Below, piece by piece: positions 36,340-47,400 of a stretch of 64,000 bases of DNA (within the stretch, counting starts at the first letter, position 1; each line of letters begins with the position of its first letter). Location of the stretch: positions 22,043-86,042 of the forward strand of contig JAHFEF010000004.1 in assembly GCA_023248545.1 (NCBI GenBank), given 5' to 3'. This DNA comes from Myxococcales bacterium (GTDB lineage Bacteria > Myxococcota > UBA727 > JABDBI01). The position numbers and the translations under genes were made by a program. The notes under the pieces are model-generated. The model did no database searches, was not told the DNA's origin, and saw nothing but the letters and a program-made list of their open reading frames with translations.

Positions 36340-37600
36340 ATTTGTCATTGAAGGCGGCCTCAAGCTTGAAGGTGAAGTGGCTATCTCTGGGTCGAAAAAT
36401 GCGGCGCTGCCGGTTCTTGCTGCCAGTCTTTTGGCCAGCGACGAAAGCATGATCGAAAACGTCCCCAAACTCGATGACATTCACACACTCTGCCAGCTGT
36501 TTCAAAAACTAGGCGTTAAGATTGTCGAAGATCAAGGTGTCATGATTCTGGACACTCGAAATATCACGAGTGTCGAAGCGACGTATGACATCGTCCGTAA
36601 AATGCGAGCGTCTGTCTTGGTCTTAGGGCCTTTATTGGCCCGCTTTGGTAAAGCCCGTGTGTCTCTTCCGGGTGGCTGCGCGATTGGGGCTCGTCCCATC
36701 GATATGCACCTGACTGGCCTCGAACAAATGGGTGCCAAAATCACGCTCGAACACGGCTATGTCGACGCTGTTGCACCGGCGGGTGGTTTAGTGGGTGCTC
36801 GAATTGTGTTTGATATTCCGAGTGTAGGCGCGACCGAGAATCTCATGATGGCGGCCTGCTTGGCCCAAGGGACAACACTCTTAGAAAACGCAGCCAGAGA
36901 GCCTGAAATTGAAGAATTAGCGCAGGCTTTGAACAGTATGGGGGCGCGTGTTTCTGGCGCCGGCAGCAGCATGATTCAGATTGACGGTGTGTCGAACCTA
37001 CGCGGCATGCATCACCGGGTCGGTCCTGACAGAATCGAAACCGGAACTTTTATTGCTGTGGCAGCCGCCACAAAAAGCAGCTTATCCCTCAAGGACATTC
37101 GAATTGGGCATTTGGACGCTGTGATTGACCACTTCCAAAAAGCAGGCTGTGAGTTCAAAGTCGAAGGGGCCAATTTGCTGGTCCAAGCACCCGAGCGTTT
37201 GAAATCCGTCGATATCAGCACGGCTCCCTATCCAGGTTTTCCGACCGACATGCAGGCACAGTTTATGGCTTGCATGTGCATTGCCAACGGCACGAGCCAT
37301 ATTGAAGAACATATCTGGGAAAATCGCTTCATGCATACGCTTGAGCTCATGCGCATGGGGGCGGATATCTCCATGCATGGCAACTTGGCCGTTGTGCGCG
37401 GTGTGCCTAAACTCAGTGGTGCACCGGTCATGGCGACGGACTTAAGAGCGTCAGCGAGTTTAATTATCGCGGCGCTCGCAGCAGAAGGCGTCAGCGAAAT
37501 CTTAAGAATCTATCACCTAGATCGGGGTTATGTGGCTTTGGAGAAAAAGCTGGCACAGCTGGGCGCCCGGGTCAGGCGTGAAAAGCAAGAAGTGCTCTAA
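36332..37600 (+). CDS. murA: UDP-N-acetylglucosamine 1-carboxyvinyltransferase
   Basis: (V)[26 protein letters not shown] with GGAGG 7 nt upstream of GTG 36332. LPGGCAIG active-site Cys. The track ORF starts earlier (36299), inside prmC. Confidence 0.9.
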   Translation: MDKFVIEGGLKLEGEVAISGSKNAALPVLAASLLASDESMIENVPKLDDIHTLCQLFQKLGVKIVEDQGVMILDTRNITSVEATYDIVRKMRASVLVLGPLLARFGKARVSLPGGCAIGARPIDMHLTGLEQMGAKITLEHGYVDAVAPAGGLVGARIVFDIPSVGATENLMMAACLAQGTTLLENAAREPEIEELAQALNSMGARVSGAGSSMIQIDGVSNLRGMHHRVGPDRIETGTFIAVAAATKSSLSLKDIRIGHLDAVIDHFQKAGCEFKVEGANLLVQAPERLKSVDISTAPYPGFPTDMQAQFMACMCIANGTSHIEEHIWENRFMHTLELMRMGADISMHGNLAVVRGVPKLSGAPVMATDLRASASLIIAALAAEGVSEILRIYHLDRGYVALEKKLAQLGARVRREKQEVL

Positions 37601-37602
37601 GG

Positions 37603-39492
37603 CTATTGATTATCGGCCTGGACACAAAGAAAACTTGCGCTGGTACTGCATGACATACTATTACTGTAGCTCCAGCTGTCATTGGGATTCGCTTGCGCAC
37701 CATAGAAGGTTGATTGATTGGAGCTCCATCCCAGACAGTTTGTCGTAATGCCCCCGACAGGAATTGCAAGATAGATATTTGCGGGTGTTCCAGCAAAAGC
37801 CCCCCAAAATCTAACTGATGGGATATTCGTCCACTGGGTAATGCAATCAAAATTTGCAGTGCCTGGTGAGGTTGGACAGGAAGGCGTGGCCGATGTCGGG
37901 ATTCCTAACGAAACCATTTTGCCTGGCACACCGGAACCTGCAAGAATGACATTGCGTTTGTTGTCTACCGTGCCACCTACAGACAAAAGATGCTGATAGG
38001 CCGATGCGTTTGGAGCATCTGAATCACTTAAAGCACCCAACATCGCCACCCAACTATCATTGCCAAAGCCATAATTTTTAGTGGCCTCTGCCTGGCAAAT
38101 GGCATCCCCATCCTTCACACTGCTAAATGTCCCAGTGCCCGGAGTATAAGCCCTCTGAGTTAAAAAAACATATCTTGGGGGATTCCCACAGGTTCCTTGC
38201 CCCGCATTGGCAGGATCCAGGTTACAAATTTGGCCTCCTGTGCAGGATGTTGCGCCAGTTTGAACACCGCAAATGCACTGTCCTAGCGTATTGCAAGTCG
38301 TATTGGCTAAGACCGATTTACTGCAAAAGCTCTTGGCGGCAGTGAAGAGAGAATCTGGAATACAATGGGTTGCCGTTTGAGCTACACACACTCCAGAGGT
38401 ACACATATCCTGGGTCCCATTGACGAGGCAATCCGAATCTTTTCCGCATGGACAGACACCTTGGGCGTTGCAAATTGCACTGTTTGCGCAAACACCTGTG
38501 GCCCCAGCTCTGCAGTTTGTACCTGACTGAGCGTTACATCTGCCGCTTTGGCAGGTCTGAGTCGTGTCTGTGCAATTACCAGCGCCACTGCCTGTACATG
38601 CGTTTATTTGGCAGGTTCCAGAAATACAAGCCAGGTTGCTTCCCAGCGAAGCATCACAATCCTTGGAGGCCGTACACGTTTTGGGAACGCAGGTTGGAAG
38701 GGCTGGAGCAGTTCCGGCCGTACACAGTGAGCCTGGCAAGGTGGTTGCACAAGTATTATTGGCCACGATACAATGTGCCGAGGTTTGAGCTGTGCAACTA
38801 TAATTGCTGCAGACGGAATTCCCTGGGCACTCTGAATCGGCCGTACAAGTCTGAGTGATACACTTTCCCGTAGCGACAGCACAGATCTGACCCTGATTCA
38901 TGCTACAGTCCAAATTCTGAGTGCAACTTGCTTTCACACACCGATTTGCGTTGCAGACCAGGCTTGCACTACAATCAGCGTTTGTATTACAACCACAAAA
39001 GCCGTAGCTGCCAGATACGGGTATGCAAGCCGTATTATTTGTGTTGGCATTCTCAATGCAAGCAGCATGGGTTTTACAGCCAGCGCTCGCAGATTGTTGT
39101 GTGCACTGGCCATTGAAGCAAATATGGGACGTATTGGTACAATCGCTCTGGGTTTTACAAACATTAGCCCCACAGACTCCATTGATACAAACTTGGGTAG
39201 TACCACACACGAAACCCTGTTTGCACTTCTGCGCTGTTTCGGGTTGACACTTGCCACTCGCACCGCTGACCTGGCAAGTTTGCTGGCTGGCACAAACATC
39301 CGTCGACGACTTAGGATTACAGTTTTGTTTGGACTGGGCCGTACACACTCCATCCACGGGCAACTGGGTGTCTGAGCAAGCACCCGCTAATGCAATCTCG
39401 GAATCTGTCCGGGAATCTGTTAGCCCACCGGTAATGTTACAAGAAAGAACCAGAACAAGACCTAAAGGCAACAAACATCGAAATCGCATCAT
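37603..39492 (-). CDS. secreted/lipoprotein Cys-rich repeat protein with C-terminal DUF1554/endostatin-like module (tentative)
   Basis: MMRFRCLLPLGLVLVLSC signal. Roughly 400 aa of repeats of the type C..(D/N/S)..C......C...G.C. C-terminus YVFLTQRAYTPGTGTFSSVKDGDAICQ...CLGWSS...SFLCVQ recalls DUF1554. Confidence 0.6.
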   Translation of the reverse strand: MMRFRCLLPLGLVLVLSCNITGGLTDSRTDSEIALAGACSDTQLPVDGVCTAQSKQNCNPKSSTDVCASQQTCQVSGASGKCQPETAQKCKQGFVCGTTQVCINGVCGANVCKTQSDCTNTSHICFNGQCTQQSASAGCKTHAACIENANTNNTACIPVSGSYGFCGCNTNADCSASLVCNANRCVKASCTQNLDCSMNQGQICAVATGKCITQTCTADSECPGNSVCSNYSCTAQTSAHCIVANNTCATTLPGSLCTAGTAPALPTCVPKTCTASKDCDASLGSNLACISGTCQINACTGSGAGNCTDTTQTCQSGRCNAQSGTNCRAGATGVCANSAICNAQGVCPCGKDSDCLVNGTQDMCTSGVCVAQTATHCIPDSLFTAAKSFCSKSVLANTTCNTLGQCICGVQTGATSCTGGQICNLDPANAGQGTCGNPPRYVFLTQRAYTPGTGTFSSVKDGDAICQAEATKNYGFGNDSWVAMLGALSDSDAPNASAYQHLLSVGGTVDNKRNVILAGSGVPGKMVSLGIPTSATPSCPTSPGTANFDCITQWTNIPSVRFWGAFAGTPANIYLAIPVGGITTNCLGWSSNQSTFYGAQANPNDSWSYSNSMSCSTSASFLCVQADNQ

Positions 39493-39582
39493 AAATAGCG
39501 AATCCCCCTGATCTAAGTGTCTATGAAATAGCCATTGAAAATCAAGCATAGGACTTGCCTTTGTTCAGCATCTCTCCTATAG

Positions 39583-41417
<1,835 letters not shown>

Positions 41418-41418
41418 C

Positions 41419-41805
41419 ATGGCTTTTTTAAACATTCAGAGCAAAAACCAACAAAAGCTGAAACCAAGTTTTGAGCCGATGCCCGAAGTGGCTCCCGGTG
41501 AAGTGGGCATTAGTGAAGCTGCGGCCAAGCACATTGCGGCTTTGTTGGTCGCGGAGCAACCTGGGTCACTGTTGCGCGTTGGCCTACAAGGCGGCGGTTG
41601 TTCAGGATTAAAGCCTTATTTTGCTTTCGAAGGGTCTGCTGCCGAGAACGACCAAGTTTTTTCACAGCACAGCGTTTCTATTTGTGTCGACCCGAAGTCC
41701 TTAAGTTTGATTGGCGGCTCTTGGTTAGACTTCGAGAATGGCTTTAAAATCCGAAGCAGCCAGCTGAAAAAGTCTTGCTCTTGTGGCGAATCGTTTGCTT
41801 TATAA
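41419..41805 (+). CDS. HesB/IscA/ErpA-family iron-sulfur cluster insertion protein
   Basis: GGGCSGL and C-terminal SCSCGESF motifs. About 20-aa N-terminal extension. Confidence 0.8.
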   Translation: MAFLNIQSKNQQKLKPSFEPMPEVAPGEVGISEAAAKHIAALLVAEQPGSLLRVGLQGGGCSGLKPYFAFEGSAAENDQVFSQHSVSICVDPKSLSLIGGSWLDFENGFKIRSSQLKKSCSCGESFAL

Positions 41806-42024
41806 CAAGAGCCAGGTCATCCCAGCGTAACACACGCCCACAATGCCTAGATTGGCCAATACGCGCAGTGAACGGCCTGTCTCATGTGCCGTCTTCAACA
41901 TGGGTATTACTACCAGCAGAAAAGCGACAGTAACAATCGTTTCAGCCGCTATATGATCGTTTGGCGGATTCGAAAAAGCAGAAGAGCCGAGAAGAAGAAT
42001 TAACGCCCAAGTATAAAATTTCAT
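41800..42024 (-). CDS. hypothetical small membrane protein
   Basis: 74 aa with two to three hydrophobic helices. Confidence 0.4.
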   Translation of the reverse strand: MKFYTWALILLLGSSAFSNPPNDHIAAETIVTVAFLLVVIPMLKTAHETGRSLRVLANLGIVGVCYAGMTWLLL

Positions 42025-42096
42025 AAATTATTTCCAACCCCAGTAGCACAATTGCTCAAGCTCCGCAATGACGCACAAAGCCAAGTGGAGGTAATC

Positions 42097-42378
42097 ATGC
42101 GTTTCTTGAATGTCCTATGTCTTGTTCTGTGTCTTCTTTCTATTCCATCACCAGCACACGCATCCTGGAAAACTCAAGCAGCCGGAGCAGCGACTGCAGT
42201 GGCATCCTTTGTCATATATCAGGGCTTTCTTCCGCTGGCTGCTATGGCTGGTTTCTATTGCCCCTGCAGTGGTCAATGGAAGGCATGCCCCCAAAAAGCA
42301 TTGCAACAAATCGTCGCTTTAAGCATGTTGGCTGTTGTTGTAATTGGAACGACTTTATGGTCACGAATGAATCACTGA
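42097..42378 (+). CDS. hypothetical small membrane/secreted protein
   Basis: MRFLNVLCLVLCLLSIPSPAHA signal. GGAGG upstream of ATG 42097. Confidence 0.45.
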   Translation: MRFLNVLCLVLCLLSIPSPAHASWKTQAAGAATAVASFVIYQGFLPLAAMAGFYCPCSGQWKACPQKALQQIVALSMLAVVVIGTTLWSRMNH

Positions 42379-42382
42379 AAGC

Positions 42383-42459
42383 TGGTTGCGGGGGGAGGAT
42401 TTGAACCTCCGGCCTCCGGGTTATGAGCCCGACGAGCTACCGAGCTGCTCTACCCCGCG
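42383..42459 (-). tRNA. initiator tRNA-fMet (CAT), CCA encoded
   Basis: Reverse complement is CGCGGGGTAGAGCAGCTCGGTAGCTCGTCGGGCTCATAACCCGGAGGCCGGAGGTTCAAATCCTCCCCCCGCAACCA. C1-A72 mismatch and three G-C pairs closing the anticodon stem, as in bacterial initiators. Confidence 0.9.
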
Positions 42460-42915
42460 TTCGAGAAGAGAGATAGCAGATCTTGTTTCGCTGTCAATAC
42501 CCACAAACTTGATTTGTCGCTGATTCTCTCCCAAATCTTGAAAGTAAATCCATAGGGTGTGGGCGGGCAGGGGATTCTTACGGTGTTTAGGCCATTCGAT
42601 GCAAATAATCGCTTCGGGATCATCCAACAAATTTTCAATGCCCAAGTCTTCTAAATCCTGATCTTGAACCCGATATAAGTCCACATGGTGAATAACAGGC
42701 TGAGTGGGATAGCTGTGTGCCAATGCATAGGTCGGGCTTCGAACGGTCAAACTAGAATCCAATGCCTGAACCAAGCCTGCCACAAAGCACGTCTTGCCAG
42801 CTCCTAAGTCGCCTTCGAGCGCAAGGGTCACCGGTGGTTTCAGATGCTTCACGAGACAGGCGGCGATCTGCTGCGTGTGGGTGTCAGAGTAGCTGTGAAT
42901 TACAAAGTCCATCAA
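42421..42915 (-). CDS. tsaE: tRNA t6A37 biosynthesis ATPase TsaE (YjeE)
   Basis: LALEGDLGAGKTCFVAGL Walker A, SPTYAL, HVDLYR. The open frame simply reads about 39 nt into the tRNA-fMet gene. Confidence 0.8.
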   Translation of the reverse strand: MMDFVIHSYSDTHTQQIAACLVKHLKPPVTLALEGDLGAGKTCFVAGLVQALDSSLTVRSPTYALAHSYPTQPVIHHVDLYRVQDQDLEDLGIENLLDDPEAIICIEWPKHRKNPLPAHTLWIYFQDLGENQRQIKFVGIDSETRSAISLLERGVEQLGSSSGS

Positions 42916-43286
42916 AATGTCACGAGCGCAGCTTCGTATTTTTTAAAATGCTTATCGCTGGTAATCAGCTTCAAATTTTCAACCATGGCCTGCGCAATCA
43001 ACATGCGATCGAATGGATCTTCATGATGCCTTGGTAAAAGCCCGGCTGTTTTGGCGTGTTCGATAGTAATATTAAGGGGCTTAAAGCCTTCTGAATAAAT
43101 AAAAGACTCCACACTATCCGCGGCATTTAAGTTTCCACGATTTTTCTTGATAAAAATCTCCCAGATTGTAGCAGCGCTCACCCAAATCTGATGTTCTCGA
43201 TTTCTTAGGATAAGCCTAACCTTTTCGGGCAGCCGCTGATCATCCAAAATCCACCAAAGAAAAACATGGGTATCTAGGAGATACAC
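42912..43286 (-). CDS. vapC: type II toxin VapC (PIN domain RNase)
   Basis: MYLLDTHVFLWW, IWEI, HHEDPFDRMLIAQA, ITSD. The acidic PIN residues are present. Stop overlaps the tsaE start. Confidence 0.85.
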   Translation of the reverse strand: MYLLDTHVFLWWILDDQRLPEKVRLILRNREHQIWVSAATIWEIFIKKNRGNLNAADSVESFIYSEGFKPLNITIEHAKTAGLLPRHHEDPFDRMLIAQAMVENLKLITSDKHFKKYEAALVTF

Positions 43287-43528
43287 GGAAAAATCTCACT
43301 CTCTTCAAACGAAGCGATGATGTCATCTGATGTTTCTTCGAGATCGCCAGATATATGAATCCGCCCCCGAGCTGCGCCAGCTTCCCTAGGCTTTTTCTCC
43401 GTCTCCAAACCCACAATCCTAGCCACCGGCTTTCCCGCCTTTGCAATCCAGATTTCCTCGCCCTGGGCAACTCGTTCGAGTAACTGAGACAAATGAGTCT
43501 TTGTTTCGTGTATGTTCGCTATATGCAT
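43274..43528 (-). CDS. Phd/YefM-family antitoxin
   Basis: MHIANIHETKTHLSQLLERVAQGEEIWIAKAGKPVARIV. Overlaps the vapC start by 13 nt. Confidence 0.8.
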   Translation of the reverse strand: MHIANIHETKTHLSQLLERVAQGEEIWIAKAGKPVARIVGLETEKKPREAGAARGRIHISGDLEETSDDIIASFEESEIFPCIS

Positions 43529-43533
43529 ATAGA

Positions 43534-43552
43534 CTTAGTCTAGCTTAGTCTA
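43534..43552. promoter_or_regulatory. two direct CTTAGTCTA 9-mers 1 nt apart, immediately upstream of the antitoxin start (possible TA operator)
   Basis: gaCTTAGTCTAgCTTAGTCTAatc within the 33-nt menB-phd spacer. Confidence 0.3.
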
Positions 43553-43561
43553 ATCTAAAAA

Positions 43562-44359
43562 TCAAGGCCTACGGGGAAATTGCCCATAATCCGGTTTCCG
43601 CTTTTCTAAGTAGGCATTTCGGCCTTCTTGGCCTTCTTCGGACATGTAAAACAGCATAGTCGCACACCCAGCCAGCTCTTGAAGACCTGCTTGGCCATCG
43701 CAGTCGGCATTGAGCGCGGCTTTTAAGCATCTGATTGCCATGGGCGAGTTCGCTAAGATTTCTCGGCACCAGGTATCGACTTCGGCATCGAGTTGATTGA
43801 GGGGCACAACTTTATTGACCAAACCCATTTCAAGCGCTTCTTGGGCATTATATTGCCGACACAAAAACCAAATTTCACGCGCTTTTTTCTGACCGACGAT
43901 TCGGGCCATATAACTGGCGCCATAGCCACCATCAAAAGATCCCACTTTGGGACCCGTCTGACCAAAAATAGCGTTATCAGCCGCAATGGTCAGATCGCAC
44001 ATCATATGCAACACGTGACCGCCGCCGATGGCATACCCGGCGACGCGAGCAATCACGGGTTTGGGACAGGTTCTAATTTGACGCTGCAAATCCAACACAT
44101 TAAGTCGATGCACGCCTTGATCATCTTGATAGCCAGCATCGCCCCGCACGCGCTGATCCCCACCGGAACAAAACGCTAGTTCGCCTGCGCCGGTCAAAAC
44201 CACCACGCCAATTTTTTGGTCATCGCGCGCGTCATTGAGTGCGTCAGACATCTCAACAACAGTCAGTGGCCTGAACGCATTGCGAACTTCGGGGCGGTTA
44301 ATAATTATTTTGGCGACGCCATCGGCTTTTTTATAAACAATATCCGTATACTTTTGCAT
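43562..44359 (-). CDS. menB: 1,4-dihydroxy-2-naphthoyl-CoA synthase
   Basis: [31 protein letters not shown]...AFCSGGDQ...[12 protein letters not shown]...DGGYG. ATG 44359 preferred over TTG 44395. Confidence 0.9.
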   Translation of the reverse strand: MQKYTDIVYKKADGVAKIIINRPEVRNAFRPLTVVEMSDALNDARDDQKIGVVVLTGAGELAFCSGGDQRVRGDAGYQDDQGVHRLNVLDLQRQIRTCPKPVIARVAGYAIGGGHVLHMMCDLTIAADNAIFGQTGPKVGSFDGGYGASYMARIVGQKKAREIWFLCRQYNAQEALEMGLVNKVVPLNQLDAEVDTWCREILANSPMAIRCLKAALNADCDGQAGLQELAGCATMLFYMSEEGQEGRNAYLEKRKPDYGQFPRRP

Positions 44360-44434
44360 AGGAGCAGCTCTAAACAGTCTGGTTCTGATCGTCAATCCTT
44401 TGGTGCAACCAAGGCTATGTTTTGGCTGGATGCT

Positions 44435-47400
44435 TTAAGGAGTCTGTAACACAGCAAGTACCATACTTGCAGCCTCGCGCACATCGACATCTGAATCAGT
44501 TAGACACGTTGCAATCTGCTTGCGAATCGTTGGATCCGTGGGCTTAATCGCACCCAGAGCCGAAATCGCATTCAGGCGCACATCGGCATTTGAATCAGTT
44601 AGGCACCCTGCAATCTGCTTGAGAATCATTGGATCCGTGCACTTAATCGCACCCAGAGCCCGAATTGCAGCCGAGCGCACAAAGGGGTCTGAATTCGTGA
44701 GTTTAATCGCACCCAGAGCCTTAATTACAACCCGGCGCACAAAGGAATTTTGATCAGCTAGGTACCCTGCAATCTGCTTGAGAATCGTTGGATCCGTGGG
44801 CTTAATCGCACCCAGAGCGTTAATTGCAACCAGGCGCACATCGGCATTTGAATTAGTTAAATACCCTGCAATCTGCTTGAGAATCGTTGGATCCGTGGGC
44901 TTAATCGCACCCAGGGCATCAGTTGCAACCCAGCACACATCAGCGTTTGGATTCGTTAGGTATGCTACAATCTGCTTGAGAATCGTTGGATCCGTGGGCT
45001 TAATCGCACCCAGAGCCACAATTACAGCCCGGCGCACATCGGCATTTGAATCAGTTAGACACAGGGCAATTTGCTGGTGAATCGTTGGATCCGTGGGCTT
45101 AATCGCACCCAGAGCCTTAATTGCACCCTGGCGCACACCGACATTTGAATCAGTTAGACACAGGGCAATTTGCTGGTGAATCGTTGGATCCGTAGATTCC
45201 ATCGCACCAAGAGCCTCAATTGCAACCAGGCGCACATCGGCATCTGAATTAGTTAGGTACCCTGCAATCTGCTTGAGAGTCGTTGGATCTGTGGGTTTAA
45301 TCGCACCCAGAGCATTAATTGCAACCTGGCGCACATCGGCATTTGAATCAGTTAGACACGTTGCAATCTGCTGATGAATCGTTGGATCCGTGGGTTTAAT
45401 CGCACCCAGAGCCACAATTACAGCCCGGCGCACACCAACATCTGAATCAGTTAGGAATGCCGCAATCTGCTGATGAATCATTGGATCCGTGGGCTTAATC
45501 GCACCAAGAGCATTAATTGCATACCAGCACACCATGGCACTTGAATCAGTTAGACACGCTGCAATTTGCTGGTGAATCGTTGGATCCGTAGGTTCCATCA
45601 CACCCAGAGCGTTAATTGCAACCTGGCGCACATCGGCATTTGAATCAGTTAGACACGTTGCAATCTGCTGATGAATCGTTGGATCCGTGGGTTTAATCGC
45701 ACCCAGAGCATTAATCGCAGCCTGGCGCACATCGGCATTTGAATCAGTTAGACACGTTGCAATCTGCTGATGAATCGTTGGATCCGTGGGTTTAATCGCA
45801 CCAAGAACACCAATTACACTCTGGCGCACATCGGCATTTGGATTCGTTAGGTACCCTACAATCTGCTTGAGAATCGTTGGATCCGTGGGTTTAATCTCAC
45901 CCAGAGCCACAATTACAGCCTGGCGCACACCAACATCTGGATCAGTTAGACACGCTACAGTCTGCTGGTAAATCTCAGAATCCGAAGGCACCGACGGTAA
46001 ATCCTCCATCCCAAGTATTGCGCCCAATCGTTCGAAAGACCTCAGTTCTTGAAGTGTACTTGGCAGGTCTTGAGCCACCAGTCGCTCTTTCACAGAAAAT
46101 CCCGATTCAAGTTTAGCTCGAACTAACTCATGGATTTTTTTCGGCAGTCTTACAGCTGCGGCATTCATAATCAGTATATCACGATTAATAATGATATCGA
46201 GATCAAATTTCTTTGCCAAATACTGGTTAAGATCTATGCGCTCAGTGCTCGCTTCTGCTTCTAACTTCCGATACAGGTCAACATGTGCCTTTCGAAAATT
46301 AGGCAGATCCAGGACTCGAAGGTTATTAGAGCGAATCACCCTGAGCTCCAATACAGTCCCTTCAGGGCGAGCATACTTGGCAGGTATCGAACGCATTTGG
46401 GCGGTATAGGTGCCCGCTCCGAAATGAGCTGCTCCCTGTTTTTTAGGGATACTGGCAATCAACCCATTTCGGATCATGGTGAGCACATATTCGAGCTTCG
46501 GTGTTCCGTGATAGAGCAGACCCTTGTCCGTATACTTCCATTGAAATTCAGCAGGACTCACTAAAAATTTATCGATGGTATGGTCGCTCACCCGACGCGT
46601 ATCGATTTTCTGATTTCGCGTAAATTCAGGAATCAGAGGCAGGTTTTTCTCATTTCTGGCCCCAAACATCGAAATCTGATGCACCAAATGTGCTATGGGA
46701 TCTCCCTCTCGAGGAACACTAAATCGATTATGCGCCGCTTCAAAACGAGCATTTCGGATCATTTCTTCAAATCGTTTCAGGGGCCTGTCACCCTCGAGCG
46801 GAATCTTTTTATTAAGTTTAGCCAATATAAGCTCTAGTTCTTGAATTAATATCTGAGCTCCCTTTGTCGACGGCTTTAGGAAGGGCAATTCTAACAGTGG
46901 TCGAAGCATCCGAATGCATTGTTCGTCTCGATTGTCTGCATGTTCTGGAGACACATACTCGATTTCGCCTTTCAAAAATCGCCCTAAAGTGCCAGGAACA
47001 CCTTCGACAAACTGAGTCCCAGAAGCAGATGAAACGGGGAAAGCGAGCCAGTCCAATGGACTACCACCTTGGCCCATAGAGCGTTCCAACTGAGCTTTGC
47101 GTTCGACAACGTCGCCCACCGGCAAAACACTTCTGGTCAGCACCGAGGTTTTGTCTGCCTGCGGCATGAGTTGGTCAGTGGCACTCTCGATAAATTGTTT
47201 GGTTATCTGCTTAATCTCTTCACGTTTATTCGGAGTGCAGCCACTCGAAAAATCGACAGAGATATCTAAATCACTCCCAATTCCTAGGGCAGATAGTTTG
47301 GGCAGGTCTTGATCTATGGGAAAAATCTCGAACAGTGCACCGGGAATAGGCTTTCGACTAGCTCCTTGAATAATGCGATTCAATACATTTTCTGTTGTGT

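Noticed and set aside
36070-36480. A 136-aa minus-strand ORF spanning the prmC/murA junction.
   Set aside because: It is antisense to two well-supported genes.
38127-39511. A series of + strand ORFs (60-136 aa) opposite the Cys-rich gene.
   Set aside because: They are antisense frames of a repetitive Cys/Gly/Thr-rich gene. There are no start contexts and the composition is implausible.
44438-45973. A regularly spaced repeat array that could be mistaken for a CRISPR locus.
   Set aside because: The units are contiguous 93-nt repeats with no spacers. They lie in frame within a 1136-aa ORF and encode HEAT repeats. There are no cas genes.
47255-47287. A possible nucleotidyltransferase motif (LGIGSDLDISV) in the N-terminal region of the PARP-like protein.
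   Set aside because: It is only a short G-S...D-x-D-like string with no supporting flanking motifs. This is too weak to call.
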